A stretch of DNA of 64,000 nucleotides, from sequence record OR805294.1; one strand, written 5' to 3'. The notes under the pieces were generated by a model. That model ran no database searches. It saw only the letters and a list, made by a program, of their open reading frames with translations, and was not told the origin of the DNA. Both the position numbers and the translations under genes were made by a program. Positions 8,936-19,600 of the stretch are shown piece by piece; within the stretch, counting starts at the first letter, position 1; every line of letters begins with the position of its first letter.

Positions 8936-10763
8936 ATTATGCGAAACAGATCGTATTAATATTATCAAATTACACTTCGATGATTTAAAATCTGTATCTG
9001 AATTAAAGAAAATATATGGAGTCTCTTATGATGTCATTAAAACCATCATAAGAGATGAAACGAATCGTCTGCCGTTGCAAGAAACTGATATAAAAATTTT
9101 GAAATTTAAAAAACTTGTTTCAAAGGAGTTGTTATTTGAATTACATGTAATTAAAAAACAATCATTTAATGAAATAAGAAAAACTTATAAGATTAATGAA
9201 CTTCATTTAAAACAAGTGTTTAATGATTACGGAATACCAATTGAAAAGTGTTTATATACTGCTACTAACAAGAAGCGTAAAACAAAAAAGCCTGAAGATT
9301 TTACTAAAGACTTTTTCGAACACTTAGTATATAACGAAAGACGAACAATTAGTTGGATAAAAAATAATTATAACTTTAATTTTGAAGAACTAAAACATCA
9401 TTTAACACATTTAAAAATCGATTATACTAATTCGTTGCCACCTGCTGTAAAACATCAACAAGATAAAATATCTAGAGAAACTCTAGCAGAAGAATTAAAA
9501 ATTAAATCTATTGTTGATATAATAAATGAATACGGAATTTCTAGAACTTATGTAGAAAGCGTTATAAAAGAATACAATATACAGTATTTTACAAAACCGA
9601 AACATTCTATATTAAGTGGTAAAGAATCAGAAATTTATCGGATGTATTATGATGAATGTATGACTACATACCAAATAGCAGAAAAATTGGGAGTATGTCA
9701 ATACACCATATGGAAAATAATGGCAGATAACGGATGGAAAACACGAGAACCGATTAAAAAAATTGATTTGATTTGGAATGATATAAAAGAAGAAGTTGTT
9801 AAATTAATAGACAACGGTTATACATTATCTGCTTTATGTGAAAAATACGAAATAACATCTATTACTGAAAAGTTAATAGAAGAAGGTATAAAATATACAA
9901 AGGGAAATATTTCTTCTGGTCATGCAGAAATATCTGAATATGTGCGTTCATTGGGATTTAATGTAATCGACAATGATCGTACTATTATATTTCCGCGAGA
10001 AATTGATATTTTTATTCCCGAACTTAACATAGGAATAGAATACAACGGATTATATTTTCATAGCACACGAACAGAAGGAAATGTAACAAAGCATAGAGAA
10101 AAATATAGCATATGTAAACAAAAAGGTATTCGTTTAATACAAATTTTTGAAGATGAATTTATTCATAAGAAAGAACTAGTAAAGAGAAAATTAGCGCACA
10201 TTTTAGGAAAATCTAATAATAAATGTTATGCAAGGAATTGTATAGTTAAAGAAATATCGGTAGCAGACAAACGAAATTTCTTTAAAAAATATCACATACA
10301 AGAAGATTCTGCATCCTCGTATGCATATGGATTATATTATGATAATGAATTAGTTTGTGCTATGTCTTTTCTTAAAAAGAAGAAATGTACAGAACTAGTT
10401 AGATATGCATCTTCTATGCACGTGATCGGCGGATTTTCTAAGTTGTTGAAATATTGTATTAATAATAACAAAATAGATGTTATAAACACATATGCTGATC
10501 TCAGATGGTCGAATCCGACAAATAATGTATATGTAAACAATGGGTTTGATATACTGTATGAGACTGATTTTAATTACACTTATGTGAGTAAAGAGGATTT
10601 TTCAAAAAGGCTTAATAGGCAAAAATTTATGAAACACAAGTTGAAAAACATTTTATCAGATTTCGACAAATCATTAACAGAAGAAGAGAATATGAAAAAT
10701 AATGGATTTTATCGAGTATACGATGCTGGCCATTTAAAATTGCAATATAAGGTTAATAAATGA
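8928..10763 (+). mobile_element. Hef-like free-standing putative homing endonuclease with N-terminal helical repeats
   Basis: EIDIFIPELNIGIEYNGLYFHS...IRLIQIFEDE nuclease motif followed by YARNC...ELVRYAS...YADLRWS...YDAG domain. Confidence 0.75.
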
Positions 10764-10960
10764 TTACAGATGTTGAAGCAATAAATGAAATTTGGGCTGC
10801 CGTGCGACCATATATTAAGTCATCTGAGCGCATTCATGCAGCGGATGCGTTTATAGAAGTTTTAGATGAATACGGAATGCTTGATGTAGATATTCAAATG
10901 TTTGAAAAAGAACTTAAAATAGCAGCAAAAACACATTTAGGTGAAGCAGATGACGACTAA
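10760..10960 (+). CDS. Small hypothetical protein
   Basis: 66-aa ORF coupled to neighbours. Confidence 0.6.
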   Translation: MITDVEAINEIWAAVRPYIKSSERIHAADAFIEVLDEYGMLDVDIQMFEKELKIAAKTHLGEADDD

Positions 10961-11276
10961 TTTAGAATTTAGTGACGAATTTCTATCAACTGTATCGTCG
11001 TTGAAAGCCAATATAACATCCAAAAATAAAGATGCTGTCATAGAACAATTAGACAAATTGTTAGATATGGTAACAAAAGATATGAATGCGGTTATATGGG
11101 TAATACAACCTGAAAATATTAATAACCTACATATACTATGTTCTGATTCATTTAATATTCCTATTAGTCAATTTAGACTAAAACGAAGAATACCGTCAAA
11201 ATCTCAACGAGCTCATTTATTTTTAAAAGTAATTAGGATTGCACTTGCTGGAAAAGAAAATGAACAATTGGTATAA
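10941..11276 (+). CDS. Hypothetical protein
   Basis: 111-aa ORF in operon. Confidence 0.55.
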   Translation: MKQMTTNLEFSDEFLSTVSSLKANITSKNKDAVIEQLDKLLDMVTKDMNAVIWVIQPENINNLHILCSDSFNIPISQFRLKRRIPSKSQRAHLFLKVIRIALAGKENEQLV

Positions 11277-11724
11277 CATTGTCTATGCAGATTTATCTAA
11301 GATACCTGATTTCATTTCTTTTTTTGAAAAAGAAATAGATATTTCTAAGTCTACAGAAATGTCTTTAAAGGGTAAAACGTTAGAGAAACATTGCGCAGAG
11401 TTGCCGGGTATAGTAGAGAATAGATTTGCACAGCTTCAAGAAATTGAAGCTGTACTAGAATTACTTAATATTCAGTATAAACAAGAAAAAAGCGACAGAT
11501 TCAAATTTTATCTACAGCAGTTTCCTAAAGCACTTTCTTCTAGGGATGCAGAGAAATATGCAGAAGGAGATCCACTTGTAGTAAACAGGGCAATATTAGT
11601 TAATGAAGTTGCATTGCTAAGAAACAAATATCTTTCGCTAATGAAGGGTTTAGATTCTAAGAATTGGATGGTAGGCCACATAGTTAAACTTCGTTGTGCA
11701 GGACTAGACGACGCACAAATTTAA
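11260..11724 (+). CDS. uvsY: Recombination mediator UvsY-like protein
   Basis: Helical protein with LSSRDAEKYAEGD and KGLDSKNW motifs, between uvsX and uvsW; ATG 11260 preferred. Confidence 0.7.
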   Translation: MNNWYNIVYADLSKIPDFISFFEKEIDISKSTEMSLKGKTLEKHCAELPGIVENRFAQLQEIEAVLELLNIQYKQEKSDRFKFYLQQFPKALSSRDAEKYAEGDPLVVNRAILVNEVALLRNKYLSLMKGLDSKNWMVGHIVKLRCAGLDDAQI

Positions 11725-11736
11725 ATAGGATTCGTA

Positions 11737-13188
11737 ATGGCAAAGGATTGCAAATTAGTAATAAAAGATGAAGTAAATATTGCATTTACTGGACTTGATA
11801 TAAACACTCGTAGAAAACTATCTGATTCGTTAAAATTCTTTTTACCTCATGCAAGACACCAACCTGCATACAAGTTAGGTAGATGGGATGGATGTATTAG
11901 ATATTGTGATATAGCCGGACGTTCGTATCTTAATTTTTTAGATATACTTATTCCTATTGTAGAAAATAGTGGTTATTATATAACCATAGAAGATAATAGA
12001 CAACCGTTTTCGTGTAATTTTGAACCAATAGATGCTAACTCATATTCTCATATTACTTGGCCTGTAGGACATCAATATGAAGGGCAGAATATTGTTCTAC
12101 GGGATTATCAAGTAGAGGCAGTGAATAATTACTTAGCTAATACACAGAGTATAGCAACATTGCCTACTGGTTTTGGAAAAACATTAGTTACTGCTGCATT
12201 AGCACATAAAGTAGAAAAGTATGGAAGAACAATAACAATTGTTCCATCTAAAGACTTAGTTACCCAAACGGAACGGGATTTTAAAAACTTCGGATTAGAT
12301 ACTGGCGTTTATTTCGGAGATAGAAAAGAATTAGGCAAAACCCACACTATAGTTACCTGGCAAAGTATTGAAGCTATTTATAAACAAAGTAAAGCAGACG
12401 AAAATGCATTGACATTAGAAAAATTCATTGAAGGGGTAGTAGCAGTAGTAGTCGATGAAGCACATACCATTAAGGGTCAATCATTAAAAGAACATTTAAC
12501 TTCTACATTTGCTAATGTTCCTATTCGATGGGCTATGACAGGAACCATACCGGAAGAGGAACATGCCGCCGCCGCCCTCATTGCATGCATAGGTCCTGTT
12601 ACAAAAACTGTGAAAGCAAAAGAATTGCAAGAAGCAGGAATACTTAGTGAGTTGCATATAGAAGTCCTACAATTAAACGATTATCATACTTCACATCCGA
12701 ACTATGCAGCCGAATTAAAATTTCTTACTACAGACCCTACTCGTTTAAAATGGCTAGCCGAACATATAAAATCTCAAGAAGGTAATACGTTAGTGTTAGT
12801 TGATAGGCTGTCAAGCGGAGAAGAACTTCTTAAGCATATACCAGATGCTGCTTTTGTTAAAGGTGATTTAAAAAGTAAAGACAGAAGAACTGAATATAAA
12901 TCAGTTACATCAGATACAGATAAAATTATTATAGCAACCTTTGGGGTTGCATCTACTGGTATTGATATACCATACATACATAATGTATATTTATTAGAAC
13001 CAGGAAAGTCTTTTATTAGGGTAATTCAGTCTATCGGTCGCGGTCTACGCAAGGCACCCGGAAAAGACTATGTATCTGTATTTGATATTACTTCTGTTGC
13101 AAAATATTCTGCAAGGCATTTAACTAAAAGGAAAAAATTCTATAAAGAAGCAGAATATCCATTTTCTGTGAAAAAAATAGATTATTAA
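11737..13188 (+). CDS. uvsW: UvsW-like SF2 DNA helicase
   Basis: LRDYQ, LPTGFGKT, VDEAH, MTGT, STGIDIP, QSIGRGLR. Confidence 0.92.
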   Translation: MAKDCKLVIKDEVNIAFTGLDINTRRKLSDSLKFFLPHARHQPAYKLGRWDGCIRYCDIAGRSYLNFLDILIPIVENSGYYITIEDNRQPFSCNFEPIDANSYSHITWPVGHQYEGQNIVLRDYQVEAVNNYLANTQSIATLPTGFGKTLVTAALAHKVEKYGRTITIVPSKDLVTQTERDFKNFGLDTGVYFGDRKELGKTHTIVTWQSIEAIYKQSKADENALTLEKFIEGVVAVVVDEAHTIKGQSLKEHLTSTFANVPIRWAMTGTIPEEEHAAAALIACIGPVTKTVKAKELQEAGILSELHIEVLQLNDYHTSHPNYAAELKFLTTDPTRLKWLAEHIKSQEGNTLVLVDRLSSGEELLKHIPDAAFVKGDLKSKDRRTEYKSVTSDTDKIIIATFGVASTGIDIPYIHNVYLLEPGKSFIRVIQSIGRGLRKAPGKDYVSVFDITSVAKYSARHLTKRKKFYKEAEYPFSVKKIDY

Positions 13189-13189
13189 T

Positions 13190-13441
13190 ATGAATTTTTA
13201 TCAAGACGGAATTTATATAAAATTAGATGCAGATTTAAATGAACAATCGAACTTATTTAAATTAAAATCAGAATTATATGTACATTCGTATCCTACCCCT
13301 GATTTTTATAGATATATAAAAAATGGTAAAACCATGTTAGGGGTAGTATATGTCGGTTCATTAGAAACTGTATTTCTTAATATTATTAGCGGAGACTTTG
13401 ACAAAGAAAAATTTTGTGCTATAATAGAAAAATACAAATAA
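13190..13441 (+). CDS. Hypothetical protein
   Basis: 83-aa ORF in operon. Confidence 0.55.
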   Translation: MNFYQDGIYIKLDADLNEQSNLFKLKSELYVHSYPTPDFYRYIKNGKTMLGVVYVGSLETVFLNIISGDFDKEKFCAIIEKYK

Positions 13442-13451
13442 AGGTGTAATT

Positions 13452-13955
13452 TTGAAAATTTTATTAACCGAAAATGAATCATACGAATTAGATAGAGTCC
13501 CGGACGACATAGAGGATATACGGTATTGTATATTAGATTGTAATGATAAATCTAATGTAGATTTTTACTTTTTGCCTCTTATATTTTTAGAAAGTTTTTA
13601 TTCTCCCGCAGTTGTACTCAAGATAGGAAAGTACAGTATACAAATGCCCTTAGATTGGTCTATACTAGTATGCGACGAAGAATATTCTGATTTGGAAGTA
13701 GTACCACTTACTAGTCTAAATGACAGGGGGTTTCATACAATAGTATTTAATCCACTAAAACACATGGTGCCTGTTCCTTCTGAAATAACAATAACTAGTG
13801 TATTTACTGAAGTAAAGTGGTATTTCCCTAAATTAAAAAGTGGTGCTGTCCTAGTTATTCCTTTAGAAGACGGACCTAATCCGAATTGTGCATTGTTTGT
13901 AAAAGAAGGGAATAAAATTCCTGATCCTATAGATATCGCAGAGTTATTTAAATAA
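13452..13955 (+). CDS. Conserved hypothetical protein
   Basis: 167-aa ORF, TTG start with SD AAGGTG. Confidence 0.65.
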   Translation: MKILLTENESYELDRVPDDIEDIRYCILDCNDKSNVDFYFLPLIFLESFYSPAVVLKIGKYSIQMPLDWSILVCDEEYSDLEVVPLTSLNDRGFHTIVFNPLKHMVPVPSEITITSVFTEVKWYFPKLKSGAVLVIPLEDGPNPNCALFVKEGNKIPDPIDIAELFK

Positions 13956-14422
13956 TGGCAGAAGAAAGCATTTTACCGCTTTGGATGGAATTGCAAGCAT
14001 TAGATTATAATGATAGAGATTTTTATGACAAGTTAACCAATGAACAGAAGAAAGTATTTTCATCGTGGATTATAATGAGATATTCTAGTAATATAATCGG
14101 TGATAATGCAGATTGGGGTCTTATAATGACCAATGATATTGTAAATGTGGATTTTTCATTAATGTACAAGCATCCTAAATTGCAATGGATGCTATTGTCG
14201 TTGTGTGGAACTGGAAGAAAAGAACAACGTAAATGGATTGCTCCAAATAAAAAGAAAAAAAAGAATCCGAGGAAAGAATTTATTTTTAAAATTCATCCAA
14301 ACGCAAAAGATGATGAAATCGATATGCTTGCAGATTTGTACACTGATGCAGAATTAAAGGATATTATGTTATCCTACGGTTATGAAGATAAAGAAATAAA
14401 AGATATTTTAAAGAAGAAATAA
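13955..14422 (+). CDS. Putative clamp-loader small subunit (T4 gp62-like)
   Basis: Size, FSSWIIMRYSS and HPKLQW...KW motifs, replication context. Confidence 0.5.
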   Translation: MAEESILPLWMELQALDYNDRDFYDKLTNEQKKVFSSWIIMRYSSNIIGDNADWGLIMTNDIVNVDFSLMYKHPKLQWMLLSLCGTGRKEQRKWIAPNKKKKKNPRKEFIFKIHPNAKDDEIDMLADLYTDAELKDIMLSYGYEDKEIKDILKKK

Positions 14423-14435
14423 TTCTAGTAAGTAT

Positions 14436-15143
14436 ATGCAAGCATCTAAGAAAAATAAAAAGGCAACATCGATGGCAAAGTGCGAGTTTTGTAGTAAAGA
14501 ATTTAAGTCAGAACGAACAATAGCTGCTCATTTGTGTGTTAAAAAGAAGAGGTTTGCAGAAAAAGACACAGTCGGGTCTAGACTGGGATTTAGGGTATTT
14601 CAGCGATTCTACGAACTAACTACTTCTTCTAAAACACCTAAATCTTTTAGAGAATTTATTGATAGTAAATTTTATATAGATTTTGTTAAATTTGGAAGAC
14701 ACCTAATAGATATTAATCCTATTAACACAGATGAATACATAGATTTCATAATAAAGAACGCTATACCGCTGTCTGATTGGAAAAAAGACTATGTATATGT
14801 AAGATATCTTAAAGAATATACTCAGAAAGAACCTGCACAAAAAGCACTAGAACGAACTATAATCGAGATGGGCACTTGGTGTACTGAAAATAATGTAGAT
14901 ATTGTAGATTTTTTTGAAAAAGTTAATACAGTAGAGGCAGTATATCTTATTAAATCAGGAAAGCTTAGTCCGTGGGTGTTATATCTGGCATCTTCTTCTG
15001 ATAAATTGTGGGTTAGAATAAATGAAGAACAAGAAAAATTTATTCAAACTGCTGTAGATTTTGACTGGTGGCAAAAGAAATTTATTGCAAATAAGGATGA
15101 TGTTGACTTTATAGTGTCTGTATTGACAGAGGCTAAGTTGTAA
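14436..15143 (+). CDS. Hypothetical protein with N-terminal zinc-finger-like motif
   Basis: CEFCSKEFKSERTIAAHLC. Confidence 0.65.
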   Translation: MQASKKNKKATSMAKCEFCSKEFKSERTIAAHLCVKKKRFAEKDTVGSRLGFRVFQRFYELTTSSKTPKSFREFIDSKFYIDFVKFGRHLIDINPINTDEYIDFIIKNAIPLSDWKKDYVYVRYLKEYTQKEPAQKALERTIIEMGTWCTENNVDIVDFFEKVNTVEAVYLIKSGKLSPWVLYLASSSDKLWVRINEEQEKFIQTAVDFDWWQKKFIANKDDVDFIVSVLTEAKL

Positions 15144-15144
15144 T

Positions 15145-15747
15145 ATGGCAAAAGTAGTTACTGATGTTGATATTGACGTAGCAGATAGGTTAACAGTTTT
15201 GTCTGGACTACAACATATATCTGCTAAATTAGACGGAGTAGGAAAGAAACATTTATCTGGTGTATATTTTCAACCCATTCCGTTTGATCCGGAACAAAAC
15301 ATGAGCAACATAGATTATAAAGTTGCAGAAGAATTAGGCTACATGAAGATTGATCTTCTTAACGTGAGTATATACGAACAAGTTAGATCAGAGGAACATC
15401 TAAAGAAATTAATAGATAAAGAACCCAACTGGTCTTATTTTGAACATAAACAGATAGTTCAAAATTTATTTCATTTAGGAAATTATGCTGATCTAGCAGT
15501 AGGAATGAAACCGAAAAGTGTAGAACAGTTAGCAATGTTGCTGGCTGTTATACGTCCGAGTAAGTATCATTTACAATATAAACCTTGGGATATTATTGCC
15601 AAAACTGTGTGGGATAAGCCCAGCGACGGGTCATATCATTTTAAAAAAGCACATGCCATTAGTTATGCACTTGCAATTGTTGTTCAGTTGAATTTATTAG
15701 AAGAAGAAGCAGAACAAGAACCCGATCCATTTAAGTTATTTTCCTGA
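15145..15747 (+). CDS. dnaE: Minimal DnaE (Pol III alpha)-like polymerase, catalytic half
   Basis: DVDID, KHLSGVYF, KIDLLN, LAVIRP and FKKAHAISYA match DnaE PDFDVDF, HAGGVVI, KFDFLG, VALFRP and FNKSHSAAY. Confidence 0.85.
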   Translation: MAKVVTDVDIDVADRLTVLSGLQHISAKLDGVGKKHLSGVYFQPIPFDPEQNMSNIDYKVAEELGYMKIDLLNVSIYEQVRSEEHLKKLIDKEPNWSYFEHKQIVQNLFHLGNYADLAVGMKPKSVEQLAMLLAVIRPSKYHLQYKPWDIIAKTVWDKPSDGSYHFKKAHAISYALAIVVQLNLLEEEAEQEPDPFKLFS

Positions 15748-16129
15748 TTAAAGATACTTGTCGTCTTTTTATTCTCTTTTTGAGCATATTGTTAAGAGAA
15801 GTACATGGTCCGAAAACTATTTTTATATCTTTGTTTACTAGGGTTTTTAGGCAATATCTAAATTCTGCCATTTCGTTTGGCATGAATATATTTATTGGTA
15901 ATATCCTAGAAGATTCCCACCACCAACAGTCACCGCATTGAAGAAATATATCTTTGTGTTGACTGTTTTTTAATGATTTAAAATCATAAAAACTTATATA
16001 TTTGTCATCCGAATTTTGAATAATTCCTATATAGAAATTTTCTAAGTGTTGTATGCCACTCAAAAATGGAAATTTTTCAGATAATTCTGCTAACTCTTGA
16101 TCTATTGTATTATTATTTGTGTTGTCCAT
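15731..16129 (-). CDS. Conserved hypothetical protein
   Basis: 132-aa ORF, AATAAATA on - strand at 16149-16156. Confidence 0.65.
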   Translation of the reverse strand: MDNTNNNTIDQELAELSEKFPFLSGIQHLENFYIGIIQNSDDKYISFYDFKSLKNSQHKDIFLQCGDCWWWESSRILPINIFMPNEMAEFRYCLKTLVNKDIKIVFGPCTSLNNMLKKRIKRRQVSLIRKIT

Positions 16130-16191
16130 GATTTTCTTCTCTCTTTATTATTTATTCCTTTAACACTAACCGTTTTAATATAAATACGTGT

Positions 16192-17061
16192 ATGACATTC
16201 CATACATTATATAAATATGATAATTTTGTAGAACTGTTATATGATAACGGTATACTTTCTTGCAATTGTAAATTATTGGATAATAGACCTATGCATTCAC
16301 AAACAATAAAACTATACAAAGGTGTAGATAATCAAGTAAAATTTAGGGTTTATAATCCTGATAGACGATTAGTAAATATTCATGGACTTTCTGTGTTTGC
16401 TAGTTTAATTAATACAGAAAATAAAGAACGAGTGCTAGTAAAACAGTGTGATATATATGAGCAGTCTCCTGGCATTTTTGTATTGTCTATATTAGAAGGA
16501 GATCTAATAAATGTGCCTAATGGATATTACACTTTAAGTATAATAGGACAAGAAGAATTTATTCCCGGCATATCTAATATAGATGGACTCCCTGTAATTA
16601 GTACGCCGTTTTATACAAATACATCATCTGATATACAACTGTATGCAGAAGTTAGAGATAGCTTAGAAAAGGCGCCCATAGACACTATAGTTGCTACTGA
16701 ATGGCGAAAAGTAATAAACACTGATTATACTTTTAATTATTACAATGCAGGTCCATTTCCATCTAATAGAGTAAAAAATTATAGATCGGGTGTGCATACT
16801 ATTGCAATATATGCAGAAAATTTCACAGGTAAATTTGAAGTATATGGTACATTAGACCAAATTCCTTCGCTAGAAGACGAATTTAGTTCTTGGTTTCCGA
16901 TTAATTTAAGATCTATGTTTGATTATATTCAATTTAATAATTTCACTGGAATAATGCCATATACTTTTCAAGCAAATGTTCTTTGGTTAAAATTCCGTTG
17001 GTATCCGGATTCGACAATCCCAAACAATGGAGAAATTTCTAAAGTAATGTTAAGAAGTTAA
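16192..17061 (+). CDS. Hypothetical late (probably virion) protein
   Basis: 289-aa beta-rich ORF, TATAAATA at 16179-16186. Confidence 0.6.
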   Translation: MTFHTLYKYDNFVELLYDNGILSCNCKLLDNRPMHSQTIKLYKGVDNQVKFRVYNPDRRLVNIHGLSVFASLINTENKERVLVKQCDIYEQSPGIFVLSILEGDLINVPNGYYTLSIIGQEEFIPGISNIDGLPVISTPFYTNTSSDIQLYAEVRDSLEKAPIDTIVATEWRKVINTDYTFNYYNAGPFPSNRVKNYRSGVHTIAIYAENFTGKFEVYGTLDQIPSLEDEFSSWFPINLRSMFDYIQFNNFTGIMPYTFQANVLWLKFRWYPDSTIPNNGEISKVMLRS

Positions 17062-17090
17062 TTGACAACGAAAAACGTACATGCTATAAT
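17062..17090 (+). promoter_or_regulatory. Consensus sigma70 promoter of primase-helicase
   Basis: TTGACA-17 bp-TATAAT. Confidence 0.9.
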
Positions 17091-18119
17091 GTGCGCGTGA
17101 TTAGCGAACTTTTAAAACAAGAAATAACTTCTAGACTTCCGTATTTAAAGCCAGGAAACAAAGGATGGTTAGTTTGTAATTGTCCTTTGTGTGTCGCTAT
17201 GGGTACAACTGCTGATAAGCGAAAACGGTTCGGTGTTATGTTTGAATCGGATGGAACAATAGGGGTCCATTGCTTTAACTGTACATTTGTAACAAAATGG
17301 ACTCCGGGGGCTCTGATAGGAGAGAAAATAGAGTTCCTTCTACGACATATAGGTACATCCGATGATGATATTCGTAAACTTAAATTCCAGGCATTTAGAG
17401 AGAAAGAAGCAGGAGACATATTTAAAACTCCCGAACTAGAATTAAGTATTAAAACTAATTGGACTACTACTAGTCTTCCTAAAAATTCTAAACCTATATT
17501 AGAATGGTTAGAAATATCTCCCAATGATCCCAATCTTCTTAAATGTGCAATGTATGCCTTATCTAGAGGATTTCCGGATATGTCTAATATATATTGGTCC
17601 CCCTCTCAGAAATTTTTATGGAATAAACGAATAATACTTCCGTTCACATATAATGGAAAAGTTGTAGGATATTGCGGAAGATATTTTGAAGAACAACCAA
17701 ATGAATTAGAAATAAGAAGATATGAAAATAGATTCCCCGAACATTTTGTGTATGGGTTAGATTCCCAAAGATCCTACAATAGAAAATATGTTATACTAAC
17801 GGAAGGAGTAATAGATGCTATAATGGTAGATGGAGTATCTACCATGGGTTCTGTAAGTAAACATCAAGCAAATATAATAAACTCGCTAGGCAAAGAAATA
17901 ATAGTATTGCCTGATTTTGATAGTAACGGCAGTCATTTAGTAGATTCTGCTTTAGAATATAACTGGTATGTATCATTTCCTAATTGGGATAATAATATAA
18001 AAGATGCTAGCGAAGCATCCCAAAAATATGGAAGATTACTTACAGTTCAGAGTATTATATACGGTATCGAACGGAATTCTACTGCCATACGAATTAAAAG
18101 AAAAATAAAAGGAATATAG
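17091..18119 (+). CDS. DNA primase (T4 gp61-like)
   Basis: Zn-binding CPLC...HCFNC, TOPRIM LTEGVIDA and PDFD, KDA. The true start may be GTG 17097. Confidence 0.88.
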   Translation: MRVISELLKQEITSRLPYLKPGNKGWLVCNCPLCVAMGTTADKRKRFGVMFESDGTIGVHCFNCTFVTKWTPGALIGEKIEFLLRHIGTSDDDIRKLKFQAFREKEAGDIFKTPELELSIKTNWTTTSLPKNSKPILEWLEISPNDPNLLKCAMYALSRGFPDMSNIYWSPSQKFLWNKRIILPFTYNGKVVGYCGRYFEEQPNELEIRRYENRFPEHFVYGLDSQRSYNRKYVILTEGVIDAIMVDGVSTMGSVSKHQANIINSLGKEIIVLPDFDSNGSHLVDSALEYNWYVSFPNWDNNIKDASEASQKYGRLLTVQSIIYGIERNSTAIRIKRKIKGI

Positions 18120-18120
18120 T

Positions 18121-19560
18121 GTGAAACAAAACAAAGACGTAGTAAAGGATTATAATACTGGCGTAGAAGATTTGTTTATAAAATTTTTCTTAACTGACCC
18201 AGAATTGTTTATTAGATGCCGATCTATAATACAACGAGACCACTATTCGGATAAGATTAACCAAAAAGTTATAGATTTTCTAAATGAGCATGCAGATAAA
18301 CATAGTACTCTTCCTACTGTAGAACAAGTATCGGCCATAACAGGAAAATCATTTGAGCTATTAGATAACATACACGATAGCCATAAAAATTGGTTTTTAG
18401 AAGAATACGAAACATTTGCTAGGCATAAACAACTAGAGAATGTAATATTAGAGTCTCCTGATTTATTAGTTACCGGCAGGTACGGAGAAGTTGAACAAAA
18501 AGTTAAGAATGCAGTTTCTATTGCATTAGTTAAAGATTTAGGTACTGATTATTTTGGAGATCCACTGTCCAGACTTAATGCCATTAAAGACAGAAAATCG
18601 TTAGTGTCAACTGGCATGAAAGATTTAGATGCAAAACTGTACGGTGGTTTTGAGCGCGGAGCTCTAAATATTTTTGCAGGACAATCAGGTGCCGGCAAAT
18701 CTATATTCCTACAAAATATAGGATTAAATTGGGCTATAGCAGGACTTAACGTAGTTTACCTTAGTTTAGAATTAAGCGAAAACTTATGTTCTATGCGCAT
18801 AGATTCTATGAACACAGGCATTGATACAAAAGAAGTTTTACGCAGGGTAGATGACGTAGCTATAAAAGTTATTGAATCTAAAAAGAAAACTAAAGGCTCC
18901 CTTCGAATTAAGCAATTGCCTAACGGTTGTACAGCCAACGATATACGTTCTTATATAAAAGAATACGAAATTCAAACAGGATTAAAAGTAGATGCAATAA
19001 TGTTAGACTATTTGGATTTGTGTATGCCTATAAGTAAAAAGGTAAGTCCATCGGATCTGTTTGTTAAAGACAAATACGTTTCTGAAGAATTAAGGAACTT
19101 AGCAGTCGAGCTTCAAATTCTATTAGTCACTGCATCGCAGTTAAACAGAAATTCACACGAATCTGTAGATTTCGGACATGAACACATTTCTGGAGGTATT
19201 TCTAAGATTAATACTGCCGATAACGTAATAGCTATTTTTACAACGCAAGCTATGAGAGAAAATGGAAGATATCAAATTCAATTTCTTAAAACACGTTCGT
19301 CGTCGGGTGTCGGGCAGAAAGTAGATCTTGCGTTTGATCAAAGAACACTAAGATTATCTGATTTAGATCCAGAACAAGCTAGCGCATTATCTGAGAATAC
19401 AAGGAGTGTTATTGATAAACTCCGCGCAGATAGGTCATTAGACACACCTAATAATAAAGATACTCATGTACAAAAGACACCTGTTATTGAACAAAAACCG
19501 GCAGAATCTATGGTAGAAAAAAGTGCCCGGCTTCGTAATCTACTTAGCGGCAACAGATAA
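18121..19560 (+). CDS. Replicative DNA helicase (gp41/DnaB-like)
   Basis: GQSGAGKS, LSLELSE, MLDYLD, TASQLNR, LKTRSS. Confidence 0.92.
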   Translation: MKQNKDVVKDYNTGVEDLFIKFFLTDPELFIRCRSIIQRDHYSDKINQKVIDFLNEHADKHSTLPTVEQVSAITGKSFELLDNIHDSHKNWFLEEYETFARHKQLENVILESPDLLVTGRYGEVEQKVKNAVSIALVKDLGTDYFGDPLSRLNAIKDRKSLVSTGMKDLDAKLYGGFERGALNIFAGQSGAGKSIFLQNIGLNWAIAGLNVVYLSLELSENLCSMRIDSMNTGIDTKEVLRRVDDVAIKVIESKKKTKGSLRIKQLPNGCTANDIRSYIKEYEIQTGLKVDAIMLDYLDLCMPISKKVSPSDLFVKDKYVSEELRNLAVELQILLVTASQLNRNSHESVDFGHEHISGGISKINTADNVIAIFTTQAMRENGRYQIQFLKTRSSSGVGQKVDLAFDQRTLRLSDLDPEQASALSENTRSVIDKLRADRSLDTPNNKDTHVQKTPVIEQKPAESMVEKSARLRNLLSGNR

Positions 19561-19600
19561 TAGTAATAGTAGATAAATATAACGAATAGGGGATACTGAT

